A stretch of DNA of 63,061 nucleotides, the filler included, from Octopus bimaculoides (taxonomy: Eukaryota): assembly GCF_001194135.2 (NCBI RefSeq). It is 4 parts of 4 records of this genome, joined end to end, with 100 filler letters (N's around TTAATTAATTAA, not from the genome) between each part and the next. Parts side by side here need not be neighbours in the genome. Positions count along the whole stretch, not along the records: positions 1 to 27,371 come from NC_069000.1; 3 more parts are not named here. The stretch is one strand, 5' to 3'. The translations under genes were made by a program, and so were the position numbers. Under the pieces are notes generated by a model. That model worked only from the letters and a program-made list of their open reading frames with translations. It had not been told where the DNA came from and searched no databases. Within the stretch, counting starts at the first letter, position 1; every line of letters begins with the position of its first letter. Shown in pieces: positions 1-10,901 of the stretch.

Positions 1-32
<32 letters not shown>

Positions 33-885
33 TATATATATACACACACACAACGGTTATACTAACCAATAATGACCCATAAACCATACACACACACACA
101 TCACCTGCAATCTTGTTTTATAGGTCATTGTAAGTCAGCTGCGTGTTGTCTTGTAACAAATTAAACGTGTGCGTTGTTGAAATACATTTTATTGTTATTT
201 AGGCTTATTATTATATTTACATTTATACACGAATACGATCCAGTAGTCGCCATTAGTGTATTGTAGAAAGCTAGAATGGATCTTAACTGTAACTAAATTA
301 CAGACAAACAAACAAAAATTATTAGTGTCGCTTCAGGTTTGTTCGCCATAATAAATTTTTTTTTTTTTTTTACTCCGGACTAAACTTCCGTGAAGAAAGC
401 CTTGACGTTGCAATTGCTAGCAGCTTATGCTTCGAAAGCGCGCTCTCAGGTTGATCTTGGCGGGATTTTGCTTTTATAACAGGGTAAGGCGCGGGAACGT
501 CTAGAAACTCGTAGAATATCCCGCTGTATGGCCTGATATTTCTGCTAGTCCATTAGTTCATAACTAGGACACATTGCCTGAGTCCTGTGTGGTCTTATAT
601 TGGTAACTGAAAAATGTGAGGTTTCCATTCTAGGTCCCTCTACTTCAAAATGAACATAAGCTCTGATACTAATAACAATTCGCGTGCTAAAAGGTACTAT
701 CAGAAACCTTTTTAATGCAATGAAATGCATCAATGATCCTCTTTCGGTGTTATATAATTTGTTGACCTCGATCTCTAGAACAGATCAGAAACTTGTGCAG
801 CTACAGTTGCTATCTGATCTAACTGAAGCACTTTAACCAGCGTAGCTTTGTTGGTAGTATACTCAGGTCGAGTTGGATGGACATA

Positions 886-1258
886 GTGGAGGCGCAATGG
901 CCCAATGGTTAGGGCAGCGGACTCACGGTTTCGATTCCCAGACCGGGCGTTGTGAGTGTTTATTGAGCGAAAACACCTAAAGCTCCACGAGGCTCTGGCA
1001 GGAGATGGTGGCGAACCCTGCTGTACTCTTTCGCCACAACTTTCTCTCACTCTTACTTCCTGTTTCTGTTGTGCCTGTAATTCAAAGGGTCAGCCTTGTC
1101 ACACACTGTGTCACGCTGAATATCCCTGAGAACTACGTTAAGGGTACACGTGTCTGTGGAGTGCTCAGCCACTTGCACGTTAATTTCACGAGCAGGCTGT
1201 TCCGTTGATCGGATCAACTGGAACCCTCGGCGTCGTAAGCGACGGAGTGCCAACAAAA
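886..1258 (+). mobile_element. tRNA-derived SINE family A, near full length
   Basis: A box (TGGCCCAATGG) and B box (GGTTTCGATTCCC); near-identical to the copies at 18108, 22438 and 36626. Confidence 0.9.
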
Positions 1259-1588
1259 GTTGGAAGGACATCAGAACTAACATTAGAATCCTTAGAGAGA
1301 CAAAACCTACAAGTTTCGAAGCAATCATACCCTAGCACCGGCATCAGCGGGTGTGACAGGTGCTTTGAAAGAAGGGAAGGAAACCGATTATGCGACTATA
1401 TTGTTTACGGCCAGCTGATTGAGAGTAAACAAACAATAATAGTAAGAAAGGTAAAGCTCATTAAGGAGGACCTGAAGGAAACCTTTACATTTGATATTGG
1501 AGTACAATTTTTTCCACCTTGTTTTGCCTTTATGTGTCCACCTGTGTGCGTGTGTGTGTGTGAAAAGTACAAAAATAGTGTAATATGC

Positions 1589-1761
1589 TTTTATTAAAGC
1601 TTCAAAATTATCGCAAAACTGTTACTCAGAGTTTCACGGTCCCGTTTGTCGCACAGCTGTGGTGAAAACTGAATTAAAATTTTAATTCGGTTTTCATCGC
1701 AACTGTCCGACGAAAGAGAATGTGAAACTAATTCTCTGATAATTTTGCCGCTTTAATAAAA
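1589..1761. repeat. Imperfect palindrome (small MITE-like) with a central 34-bp stem
   Basis: Outer arms ttttattaaagc/gctttaataaaa; inner stem 1645-1678/1681-1714. Confidence 0.7.
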
Positions 1762-2502
1762 AGAGTGAGTGAGTGAGTGAGTGAGTCTGTCTTGTAGTTA
1801 TTTTATCGCCTGAAAAGTTGAGTCAACTCCGTAGAGTTTGAACGTAACGCCTTTAAGTAGTTTGGCGTGCTAAAGTATTTTAATAAACACTCAGATGGTT
1901 CAACCAGTTCGTTCCCTAATAAATGTGTATTACGTTTTATATGCATAGAAGTAAATCATTGTCCTGAAATCAAGATGTAGCGGAAGTTTATAAAATGTTA
2001 CACTATCGTACGTACAAATACTAAGCGTGAGAAAACAACAGTTTCTAACAGCTAACGTTGTCGTCTGGTGTATGTCATCGAAATATGAAACTAAGTAATG
2101 AATACACAAATGTGTATGTGAGCGTGGGGGAGGGGAGACGGAGTGGGAGGATAGACAGATAGGTGATAAGTTATCATTATTAACTTATTCTTTAAGTGAA
2201 CATTGTAATAATGAAATGTACAAGGTTGGAGCCTGAAAGGTTGCTTAAGAGTGTCGCAAAAGGCCTGGTTGGAGGCCCAACATTCCGAGTTCTTTCACGT
2301 GGCCTAGAAAATCTGAAGGATCGCTACAATAACTGTGAATCTGAGAGGGAAATTTGTAGAATAAATTCATAAATAACTGATCCTCTTGTATTCTCTTTTC
2401 CCCAAAGCTAGGAACTTTTCAGCACACCCTTGTAATAATAATAAAGTTAGTTGTTTACAAAACTACGATTTGATTCGCTCTAATTTCACGGGGAAAATCA
2501 TA

Positions 2503-3098
2503 CTTCGTGAAGAACTCGGGATCTTTTTTAAAACGGGGGCCACATTTTTCATTAATGTTTTACGTAGTGTTTTTGGTACCGAAAGACTTTCAAACTTCGT
2601 ATACTTATCTATTTTGTGTTATAGAACAGAAAAATATTTTTGTATTCGAATTTATTTCATGTAAAAAATTGTCTTATTTCGATAATTTCAACCAATCACT
2701 GACGTCCATTCAGCCGATATACATTAAGTGCCGACTACATAAACAAACGATTCTTCGTTTTATTTGCTTTTTTCATTTTAAATTTGCTTTAACCCTAACC
2801 CTAACTCTAACCCTAACCCTAACGTTAGGGTTAGAGTTAGGGTTAGGGTTAATTGTTTCAGAATCGTTTGTTTATGTAGTCGGCGCTTAATGTATATCGG
2901 CTGAATGGACGTCAGTGATTGGTTGAAATTACAGAAATACGACAACTTTAACATGGAATAATTTATGGATTTCTTTTTTTTTTAAGAAGACTAAGAGAAA
3001 AAGATGTTTTATATGACACATTCTACCAGTGTTCCAAGTTTCAAAGTGTTTCGTTAATGAAAAATGTGGCCCCCGTTTTAAAAAAGATCCCGTACGAG
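2503..3098. mobile_element. TA-flanked fold-back MITE with central (TAACCC)n/(GGGTTA)n
   Basis: Long imperfect inverted arms; centre at 2823/2824; TA at 2501-2502 and 3099-3100. Confidence 0.75.
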
Positions 3099-3344
3099 TA
3101 TAGCATGTTTGCGTGTATGTGTATAGATATATTATTGTTGAACTTGCCAGTCTAACAACATATCAAATATCACAACAGGTGTACGGTTGCTTGACAATTT
3201 GGAGGTTATTATATAATGATGTAATCTTATGGTTGTTACATGTCATACATAACTGCATGCACAATATTACGTCAAAATAAAATCTTATGAAACATTGAAG
3301 CAAGACCATATCATCCTTTCTTTTGTCTTCCTATTAAATATTTA

Positions 3345-3560
3345 TATACTACAGAAAATAGAGGAATTCACAGACACAGGAAGGCTGTGAAGACAGATTA
3401 GAGAATCTTGTAAATAGCCTTTAGAAGACGGAAAAAGTGACCAGAGGCTTGTTTGCTTCGTGGTCATTTCTTTCCGTCTTCTAAAGGATATTTATCCGAT
3501 TCTCTAACCTGTCTTCAGAGCCTTCCTGCGTTCGCAAATTCCTTTATTTTCTGTAGAATA
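3345..3560. mobile_element. ~215-bp palindromic MITE
   Basis: ctacagaaaata...cctttagaagacggaaa / tttccgtcttctaaagg...tattttctgtag inverted along the whole length. Confidence 0.8.
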
Positions 3561-3626
3561 CCAACACACACAGCGTTTATAAGTTTGTTTACAACACACA
3601 CACACATATATGTATGTATGTATGTA

Positions 3627-3673
<47 letters not shown>

Positions 3674-4349
3674 GTTAGATACTGGGCAGTCATAACTTCT
3701 TAAAGAAGATCTGATGTAATACTAGATATCAGTTGCATTATCAAACTTTGATGGTTTTCCCGAAGTTTCAGCCATTAATAGGAAACAAAGCAAAATGTGT
3801 TATTGAAAAATATTTGTTTCTCTCGATTTTCAGCACTGTACGTGTATCCTAGCATTTGGTTTGAATACCAAAGCGTTTGATGTTCATACCTTTTCAAAGA
3901 TGAAAATGGAATTAATATTAATTCAACTGGAAATCGAAACACGGCCGCAGATTTTGACTAACGGAGAGATTTTGACTCACCATCGGTATCTGTCGCCATT
4001 TTAGATTTAAATAAGGACAGTGTATCGACCGAATCATTAGAACATTAAACGAACTGTTTTGCGATGTTTTGTTATGGTCGGTTATGTTCTGTGTTCAAAT
4101 GTCACCGAAGCCACTTAACTTTTTTTCTTTCTGAAGTCGATAAAATAAAATATCAGATAAATACTGTTGTCGATTTAATTAACTATTCTTTTCCCTCAAA
4201 TTTGAGATCTTGTGTCTTTGCAAGAAACCATTTTAGATACAAATAATAATCAAAATTAACTTTAACACGAACGTGAAGACGGTTCTGCTGTATGCGTGTG
4301 AAAGCATGGCGAGTCATAGAGTTCTCCATCGACCAGCTCATTTGGGCAA

Positions 4350-4657
4350 GGCAGACTCACAAATAAAGCCTTGTGGGGACAAGTGAACCAGCGACCTATC
4401 AAAACCCAGATCAAGAATGGAGTCGGCTGGGACATATCCTACGGAAACTTGTTTCCAACATAACAAAGCAAGCCTCCAATGGACACCTGAAGGAAGACGG
4501 AAGCATGGCAGACCAAAACAACATAGAAGGTCCACAGAAATTGCAGCATTGGTAAGTGGCTACACCCCGAGACAATTGCAATCTATCCATTTCCAAAGAT
4601 CGAAACAGATGGAGATCTCTTGTTGGCGCTCTATGGTCCACAAGAAGAAGAAGATGT
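4350..4657 (+). mobile_element. RTE-clade LINE 3' end
   Basis: W..LGHILRK..NITKQA.QWTPEGRRKHGRPK..WRRS remnants ending in an (AAG)n tail. Confidence 0.7.
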
Positions 4658-5873
4658 AAAGGGTTATTGTTTTTACAAATGTAATGTTGTAGAAAGCAAT
4701 ATTGGTTAATATAGTATATTCTAATTCGACAGTTCTAAGTTCAACTCCTACAGATATTAAGTTGTATTACATTTCAAAGATATTAAATTCTAGCAAAATC
4801 TACTGCAAAAATTCGTATAACATTGCGTGAAAAGAAATCCATAATGACGGCCCTGTTAACAGGTATGAACACAATAGGAGAACACTACTTAGAAATTGTC
4901 AATGTACTGACACTTCGCTTTCAAATCGAACTTGTGATGGTTCTATTTTTCCCATTCATATAATGATCTCAAAGAAAACTTGCACTTACCTGCTTTTCTT
5001 TTATATTTTCTCCCGGTGTCAATGTAGCAAAGCGAGATATAGGTTTAGTGTCCGTGGCATTTTTCCTATCGTTTGTAATGGAACGTTTTAGTTTTGTTCT
5101 ATCAAACATTGTGCTTAAAATTGATTGAACTAACGAAAGGTTTCGATCTCTTAACCTCTTTGACTGACTCGTAAATGCAGTCCTCTGGTCGTGGAACAAG
5201 AACAAAAATATTTCTCGCAGAAAAAATGGAAACGAACTAACATGTTGCCCTATTGAAGGAACTTCAATATAGCTGAATGGGACTAAGATTTTACCTAAGC
5301 AAACTCACTTTTCACTATCTCAACAGTATATTCTTTTGTTTGTTTGTATACTGTTCCAGGCTACCCGACTAACAAATCTATCGCTTTAAACTACCTCTCT
5401 ATCTATCGAACAGTCAATCTAATGCTTTTTACATTGTGTTTCAATTTATTTATGAGTGTCACTTTTATTAAATTTCATTAAAACCACATCGGAAATAGCT
5501 TTAACAGTTGAACTTCTTTAGTATCCAAAATAACAGCTGGAATAGTGCCAATAATCATGATGATGGCTTTTGATGATGACAATAATGACAATGATGATGA
5601 TTATAACTGCGACGGTGATGGCGGAGGTTTATTTATTGGCAACGGTACATAGTAAACATGTTGTGACAAGAAAGTTGTCTTCAGAGGCTATTGTATTGTT
5701 TTGTATGTGATATGAAAGGTGAAAGGCAGGGGAGACCAGGAAGAAATGGCAGTTAAAAGGTGAAACAAGTTGTAACAGATCACTAACTGCTCATAGAAAT
5801 TTAGAGCAGGCATGTCAAACGGTGAATATTAGGTAAAAGTAAGAAACAATTCGGGGAAAAACATAGCCACACA

Positions 5874-5926
<53 letters not shown>

Positions 5927-6185
5927 NNNNNNNNNNNNNNNNNNNNNNNNNNNNNNNNNNNNNNNNNNNNNNNNNNNNNNNNNNNNNNNNNNNNNNNNNN
6001 NNNNNNNNNNNNNNNNNNNNNNNNNNNNNNNNNNNNNNNNNNNNNNNNNNNNNNNNNNNNNNNNNNNNNNNNNNNNNNNNNNNNNNNNNNNNNNNNNNNN
6101 NNNNNNNNNNNNNNNNNNNNNNNNNNNNNNNNNNNNNNNNNNNNNNNNNNNNNNNNNNNNTATATATATATATATATATATATAT

Positions 6186-6311
6186 TGCTTATTCCACTCA
6201 TTAGACTGCGGTCATGTTGGAGTACCGTCTATTTTAAAGCACTCTTGCCGAACCGTTAAGTTACGGGGACGTAAACAAACCAACACTGATTGTCAAGCGT
6301 GGACGAGAGGC

Positions 6312-6347
<36 letters not shown>

Positions 6348-6500
6348 CGAGCTTATTTCAGTTTCTGTCAACCAAATCCACTTACAAGGCTTTGGTGGGC
6401 TCAGAGCAGTGGTAGAAGATACCTACTCAAAGTGCCATGCAGTGGAACTGAACCCAGAACCATGTGGTTGAGAAGCAGACTTCTCAACCACACTGCCATA
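6186..6500 (-). mobile_element. SINE family B (tRNA head, CORE-like ccttgggcaagtg segment, internal microsatellite)
   Basis: Bipartite SINE seen at least 10 times in this window. Confidence 0.8.
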
Positions 6501-7667
6501 TCTGTACCTATATATACAAAATATAATACATATATATATATATATATATATATGTTATTATTTGTATATCCTTCATCTAACTCAGAACCTGCAATTCGTT
6601 TGGATCTGGGGTCTATAGACGTCGGTGCAATAGGTACAGTGAATGTTCCCTTGTGTGACCTTGATGACTTGTGTATTCAGTCAGTTATTTGTGAATGCAT
6701 GCATAACTGGAGTACAAATTCGTGTTTACTGTAGTAAGAACGGATTTATCCTTAAATATTGTTTGTACGCGATAACGCTATCACTGGCCTGACCTTGGTG
6801 CTTTACTATTTAAGTACCTGACTCTCTTGAAGCTTGGAAATTATATATATACTTATATATATATATATATATACATACATTTGTTTTTACTTGCTTCGGT
6901 CAGTAGACTGCGACCATGCTGGAGCACCGCCATGAAGAATATATATTTTTTTTAAGAATGGCACTTATTCTATCGATGTCTTATTCAAGCGGCGGTAGGG
7001 AGACAAACACACACACATATATATATANNNNNNNNNNNNNNNNNNNNNNNNNNNNNNNNNNNNNNNNNNNNNNNNNNNNNNNNNNNNNNNNNNNNNNNNN
7101 NNNNNNNNNNNNNNNNNNNNNNNNNNNNNNNNNNNNNNNNNNNNNNNNNNNNNNNNNNNNNNNNNNNNNNNNNNNNNNNNNNNNNNNNNNNNNNNNNNNN
7201 NNNNNNNNNNNNNNNNNNNNNNNNNNNNNNNNNNNNNNNNNNNNNNNNNNNNNNNNNNNNNNNNNNNNNNNNNNNNNNNNNNNNNNNNNNNNNNNNNNNN
7301 NNNNNNNNNNNNNNNNNNNNNNNNNNNNNNNNNNNNNNNNNNNNNNNNNNNNNNNNNNNNNNNNNNNNNNNNNNNNNNNNNNNNNNNNNNNNNNNNNNNN
7401 NNNNNNNNNNNNNNNNNNNNNNNNNNNNNNNNNNNNNNNNNNNNNNNNNNNNNNNNNNNNNNNNNNNNNNNNNNNNNNNNNNNNNNNNNNNNNNNNNNNN
7501 NNNNNNNNNNNNNNNNNNNNNNNNNNNNNNNNNNNNNNNNNNNNNNNNNNNNNNNNNNNNNNNNNNNNNNNNNNNNNNNNNNNNNNNNNNNNNNNNNNNN
7601 NNNNNNNNNNNNNNNNNNNNNNNNNNNNNNNNNNNNNNNNNNNNATATATATATATATATATATATA

Positions 7668-7810
7668 GCCGAGGGGCTTCTTTCAGTTCTCGCCTACAAA
7701 ATTCATTCACAAGGTTTTGGTCGGCCCGAGGCTATAGTAGAAGACACTTGCCCAAGGTGCCACGCAATAGGACTGAACCCGGAATCATGTGGCTGAGAAA
7801 CAAGCTTCTT
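7668..7810 (-). mobile_element. SINE family B 5' half, interrupted by the ORF1-only element
   Basis: Matches family B up to aagcttctt; the remainder (accacac) reappears at 9970-9976. Confidence 0.85.
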
Positions 7811-9953
7811 TATTTCATGAAATTTGCCATTTAGGCATTATACAGATTAGCAGAAGCTAGGGCTGGACAGAAACATTAATGACAAAATGAGGATGACATA
7901 TATGAAAAATGAGAGGGGCACCGACGCCCACCGATCGGTAACCCCTCGAAAACCTTTGTTCACTATGGTTACAATTAATTTACAACCAATAATCAATTTA
8001 CAATCAATAGTTCTTCATCATCATACCTAATGCTGCCATCAGGCAAGAATCCATGTTGTAATCCACTTCGTTAGTAAAGTGAAAATAACTCAATTGATTG
8101 CAGGTGGCCTTGACCATGTTAATGGTGGTACGGGTAACTACCTCAGCGGCCACCTGCGCGGGCCATCTTGCTGCTGATGTGCATGCAGAAAAGGATCTCT
8201 CCCGTCCGCATGCACGATCCAGGAGCCTTTCAACTTCCTTCCCCCTGATGTACAGGAGGATAAGTTCCTCTTCCTCGGAAGAAGAGTCTTCTGACAGCGG
8301 CACCGTTCCCGCCGGCAGCTTCTCTTTCTCCGGTAGCACAATTCCCACCGGAGGGGTCGCGGGTTCGGTCGGCGGCACAGTACTTCTCACCGACCGTCTC
8401 CCGTATTTTTTCTTTTTTCTTCCTTTCTTCTGCGAGAGCTGGGGCCTCCATCGGCACACCCGACTGACCCTCCTCTTCTCCTGCAGCCTTTACTGGTGAG
8501 CAACTGTTGCTGCTCGCCTTTCTTTTTCGTTTCGTGACGGCTTCCACCTCCACGACTTTCTTCGTCTCCCCCTCCGGTAGGGGAGAAACGGTTGCATTAT
8601 TCTTTCCCTGCTCCGGAGCCTTATCTCGGCCCCGAGGGCAGTTTTTCCTTATGTGGCCAGGCCTCAGACATAGGTGGCATTTATGAAGGCGTCCCTCCAG
8701 CATCACCGGGCACCTAAAGCCAGACACTTTCAGGAAATCAGGGAAAATCATTTCTGCTGCGGCTACTGGGGTCCACAGGGTTAAATTGGCTTTAACCCCC
8801 TCCCAGTTCACCGCAGCAGTCAAGTTTACACTTGAGAGCCTGGGCCCATTATCCCCCAAGCCCTGCCGGATGGCATCAGCAATCCATCCGGCCTTGGTAC
8901 CGGGGGGCAGTCCATATATCCAGGCTCTAACAACTTTTTCCCGCAGTAAGAGGTGAGGAACAAAATTTCCTCCCCCTTCAGGGGCTGGCTGGCCACAATA
9001 GCAGCCTCTTCAGGGGAGTCAAACAGCAACCACACCGTTGCATATTTGACTCCCCTAGTTATGAAGTACCTTCTACTTTGCAAACAGCCTGCAAGTTCCT
9101 GCTCTATTTTTTCTCTATTGAAGAGGGCAATGGCATTGCGTGACCTACAATAGGTCCGCAAGACCACTGTCCTCTTTTCCATTTCTTCCGACCACCGCCT
9201 GGGTGAGGCAACCTCCCACTCCAAGACGGTAGCGTCATTATTGTTACTTTTTTTCTCCATGTTTATAACAGTTCACAAAAAGTTCAATAAGAAGAATGAA
9301 AACAATAACGTAAAAAGAAGAAAAAAAACAAAACAAAAATACACACAGTTCCAAATAACAGATAGATGAAGACAGAAAAAAAAGACAGTTCAAACACGGG
9401 AACACAGGCAATCCGGGTTCTTCCAGAGGTACTCCAAAACAAGGTACTCCAAAGCTTCCTCGGAAAATTTCTTCACTGCTGTGGTGAAATGAAACCGCAG
9501 ACAGCAAGCACACAATTCGCTCACAAATATGAGCACAAAGTTCTTCGGCAAAAAATGCCAAACAATAAATTTTATTGTTGAGGAGGGGCGGATACGCCTA
9601 CCACAGACAGTAAGCACACAAAATCGTTCGCAATGCGAACGCAAAGTCTTTTCGGCCAAAAAAGGGCGAAGCAATAAATTTTTACTGCTGTGGAGCGGAT
9701 ACGCCCATTAGAAACAGCTAACACACAGTTTGTTCTTATCGAACAACCACAAGAAACCCGCCAAGGCAAGTGAAAACGTCGCCAAGCTGAACAACAACCT
9801 GCTGAAAAAGAATTTTAAAATACAAATTATTGCTCAGTTGAGCGACCTACCTCGGCGAGTTCTTCAATGTTCCTTGTAATCCTTACTTGAACAGAGCCAA
9901 AAGACTCATATTCACCTCGTTCAACTGCTGAAAGACAACTAACTCTCCTGTCA
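7811..9953 (-). mobile_element. ORF1-only (HAL1-like) Tx1/L1-type non-LTR retroelement
   Basis: About 690-nt CpG-rich 5'UTR, ORF1 with RRM-like segments and CHLCLRPGHIRKNC, and a 193-nt 3'UTR ending at AATAAA. No ORF2. Both flanks are the same SINE site. Confidence 0.75.
8004..9260 (-). pseudogene. Tx1/L1-like ORF1 nucleic-acid chaperone (~420 aa, two frameshifts)
   Basis: Joins track ORFs 8826-9260, 8230-8859 and 8004-8459: ...SYCGKK/VVRAWIYGLPPGTK...LEGRLHKCHLCLRPGHIRKNCP (CX2CX4HX4C). Frameshifts lie in A-runs at ~8935-8939 and ~8405-8420. Confidence 0.8.
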
Positions 9954-9978
9954 GGGAAGCAAGCTTCTTACCACACGG

Positions 9979-10268
9979 ATGGTACGCGGATGATTATCAA
10001 AAAATTGTGCCCCCGAGTTCTGTAGGCAACAAACTTGAATGAACCGGCCGCTGGCTAAGACATACTTATAACTCCCATGTCTCTTACCCACTCCGATACG
10101 ACCTACAAGTTTAAACAGATGCAATTTCCCATCAAACTCTGCTTTCCCATGACAATCAACAAGGCGCAGCGACAATCAGTGCAAGCGGTTGGTTTGAATC
10201 TGACAGAGCAAGTATTCTCACACGCACAACTGTACGTTGGCTGTCTCCATGGTCTTTCTATTTGTGCA
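9979..10268 (+). mobile_element. Helitron RepHel (Pif1-like helicase) C-terminal fragment, inverted copy
   Basis: Motifs GTRMIIKKL, QFPIKLCFPMTINKAQ and VFSHAQLYVG; contains in-frame stops. Confidence 0.85.
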
Positions 10269-10550
10269 TGACAATCAACAAGGCTACGCCAACATTAGCG
10301 TTTCAATTTTTCTGTTTCTTACTCATTCCCAAAGTTGATGGACATGTAACGGTACGTAAAACCGAATCAGAAAATCTCTAGTCAGACTTTTTATTTATCT
10401 ATCTACCCGAAGAGACCCAGAACAAGAACGCAAAACATCCAGAGTGTTAGGTAGTTAGGTGATACAAAAAAGGGACAACAAAAAAGAATGTCATGGTGAG
10501 TTAGAAAGGAGAGCAAAGCAAGACTGGACGTACGTGGGCTGCCGTTGTTA

Positions 10551-10901
10551 TCATTGGAGTGCCTCTTGGTAGACAACATTCTTCGTCCTTCCCTCGGGTG
10601 CACAAATAGAAAGACCATGGAGACAGCCAACGTACAGTTGTGCGTGTGAGAATACTTGCTCTGTCAGATTCAAACCAACCGCTTGCACTGATTGTCGCTG
10701 CGCCTTGTTGATTGTCATGGGAAAGCAGAGTTTGATGGGAAATTGCATCTGTTTAAACTTGTAGGTCGTATCGGAGTGGGTAAGAGACATGGGAGTTATA
10801 AGTATGTCTTAGCCAGCGGCCGGTTCATTCAAGTTTGTTGCCTACAGAACTCGGGAGCACAATTTTTTGATAATCATCCGCGTACCATTGCACATTATTG
10901 G
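10551..10901 (-). mobile_element. Helitron RepHel helicase C-terminal fragment with native end (TKNVVYQEALQ*)
   Basis: CNGTR...QFP..MTINKAQ..FSHAQLYV..TKNVVY, the typical Helitron helicase end; runs into an N gap. Confidence 0.88.

Noticed and set aside
886-960. tRNA genes at SINE heads (886, 18108, 33897, 41995 and others)
   Set aside because: A/B boxes run into conserved SINE bodies, with no complete cloverleaf.
2789-2852. Ancient telomere-telomere fusion
   Set aside because: The orientation is (CCCTAA)n-(TTAGGG)n, opposite to a fusion, and it is the centre of a MITE-like palindrome.
5815-7710. Long ORFs in the track containing X runs (also 10692-11513, 12932-13877, 23520-24372, 58295-59366, 60514-61269)
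   Set aside because: They are open only because they cross N gaps and microsatellites.
8931-8945. Programmed -1 frameshift in the ORF1 (GGGAAAAAG)
   Set aside because: The heptamer is not in the X XXY YYZ phase. A 1-nt loss from an A6 run (mutation or sequencing error) explains it more simply.
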